DNA of 44,653 nucleotides from Saprospiraceae bacterium (GTDB lineage Bacteria; Bacteroidota; Bacteroidia; Chitinophagales; Saprospiraceae): NCBI GenBank assembly GCA_043778315.1, contig JAYWGJ010000076.1, positions 1 to 44,653 of the forward strand, read 5' to 3'. Shown piece by piece: positions 44,644 to 44,653 of this stretch (position 1 is its first letter; each line of letters starts with the position of its first letter). The notes under the pieces were generated by a model. It saw only the letters and a program-made list of their open reading frames with translations, ran no database searches and was not told where the DNA came from. The position numbers and the translations under genes were made by a program.

Positions 44644-44653
44644 TTATATTTTT

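Noticed and set aside
1..44653. Scan for tRNA, rRNA, integrase, transposase, reverse transcriptase, restriction-modification, cas or toxin-antitoxin genes.
   Set aside because: I recognised none by eye in any frame. Absence of small RNA genes cannot be guaranteed without tRNAscan or Infernal.

Overview
This window looks like Bacteroidota chromosome. Evidence: T9SS C-terminal sorting domains, TAnnTTTG-type -7 boxes, A-rich rather than Shine-Dalgarno translation starts, and a short 289-aa primary sigma factor. The housekeeping backbone is ltaE-like threonine aldolase, TamB, ParE, a CBS-type PLP enzyme, LuxC-like acyl-CoA reductase, RluD, Upp, PurA, an SDR and RpoD. Several accessory blocks interrupt it. 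(1) A ~2,095-aa T9SS-secreted adhesin-like protein (3693..9980). (2) A ~7 kb, tightly packed minus-strand polymorphic-toxin operon (11156..18011). Its core is a SpvB/FG-GAP/RHS (TcB-TcC-like) protein carrying a glycine-zipper C-terminal payload. Downstream are a soluble 135-aa ORF, two tiny polytopic membrane proteins, a beta-barrel OMP and a YD/T9SS-tailed protein. The Rhs gene carries a single in-frame TAG. It also has an (AAGGAGC)x4 heptanucleotide tract that puts the best ATG start out of frame. (3) Two ~500 bp copies of an unusual array built almost entirely of 21-bp-phased degenerate repeats around a near-identical Bacteroidota promoter. These copies bracket the toxin island. (4) A membrane-less FtsH-like AAA+/M41 protease next to a DUF4157-like HExxH zincin, behind a TGTGACA-N13-TGTCACA operator-like promoter. 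The intergenic DNA also holds at least three short-repeat families: GTTCACT-type blocks sitting in 3' UTRs of secreted-protein genes, a REP-like hairpin family showing compensatory changes, and a duplicated perfect 20-bp palindrome. I recognised no rRNA, tRNA, CRISPR, integrase or transposase. All domain calls come from motif recognition by eye and need HMM or BLAST confirmation.
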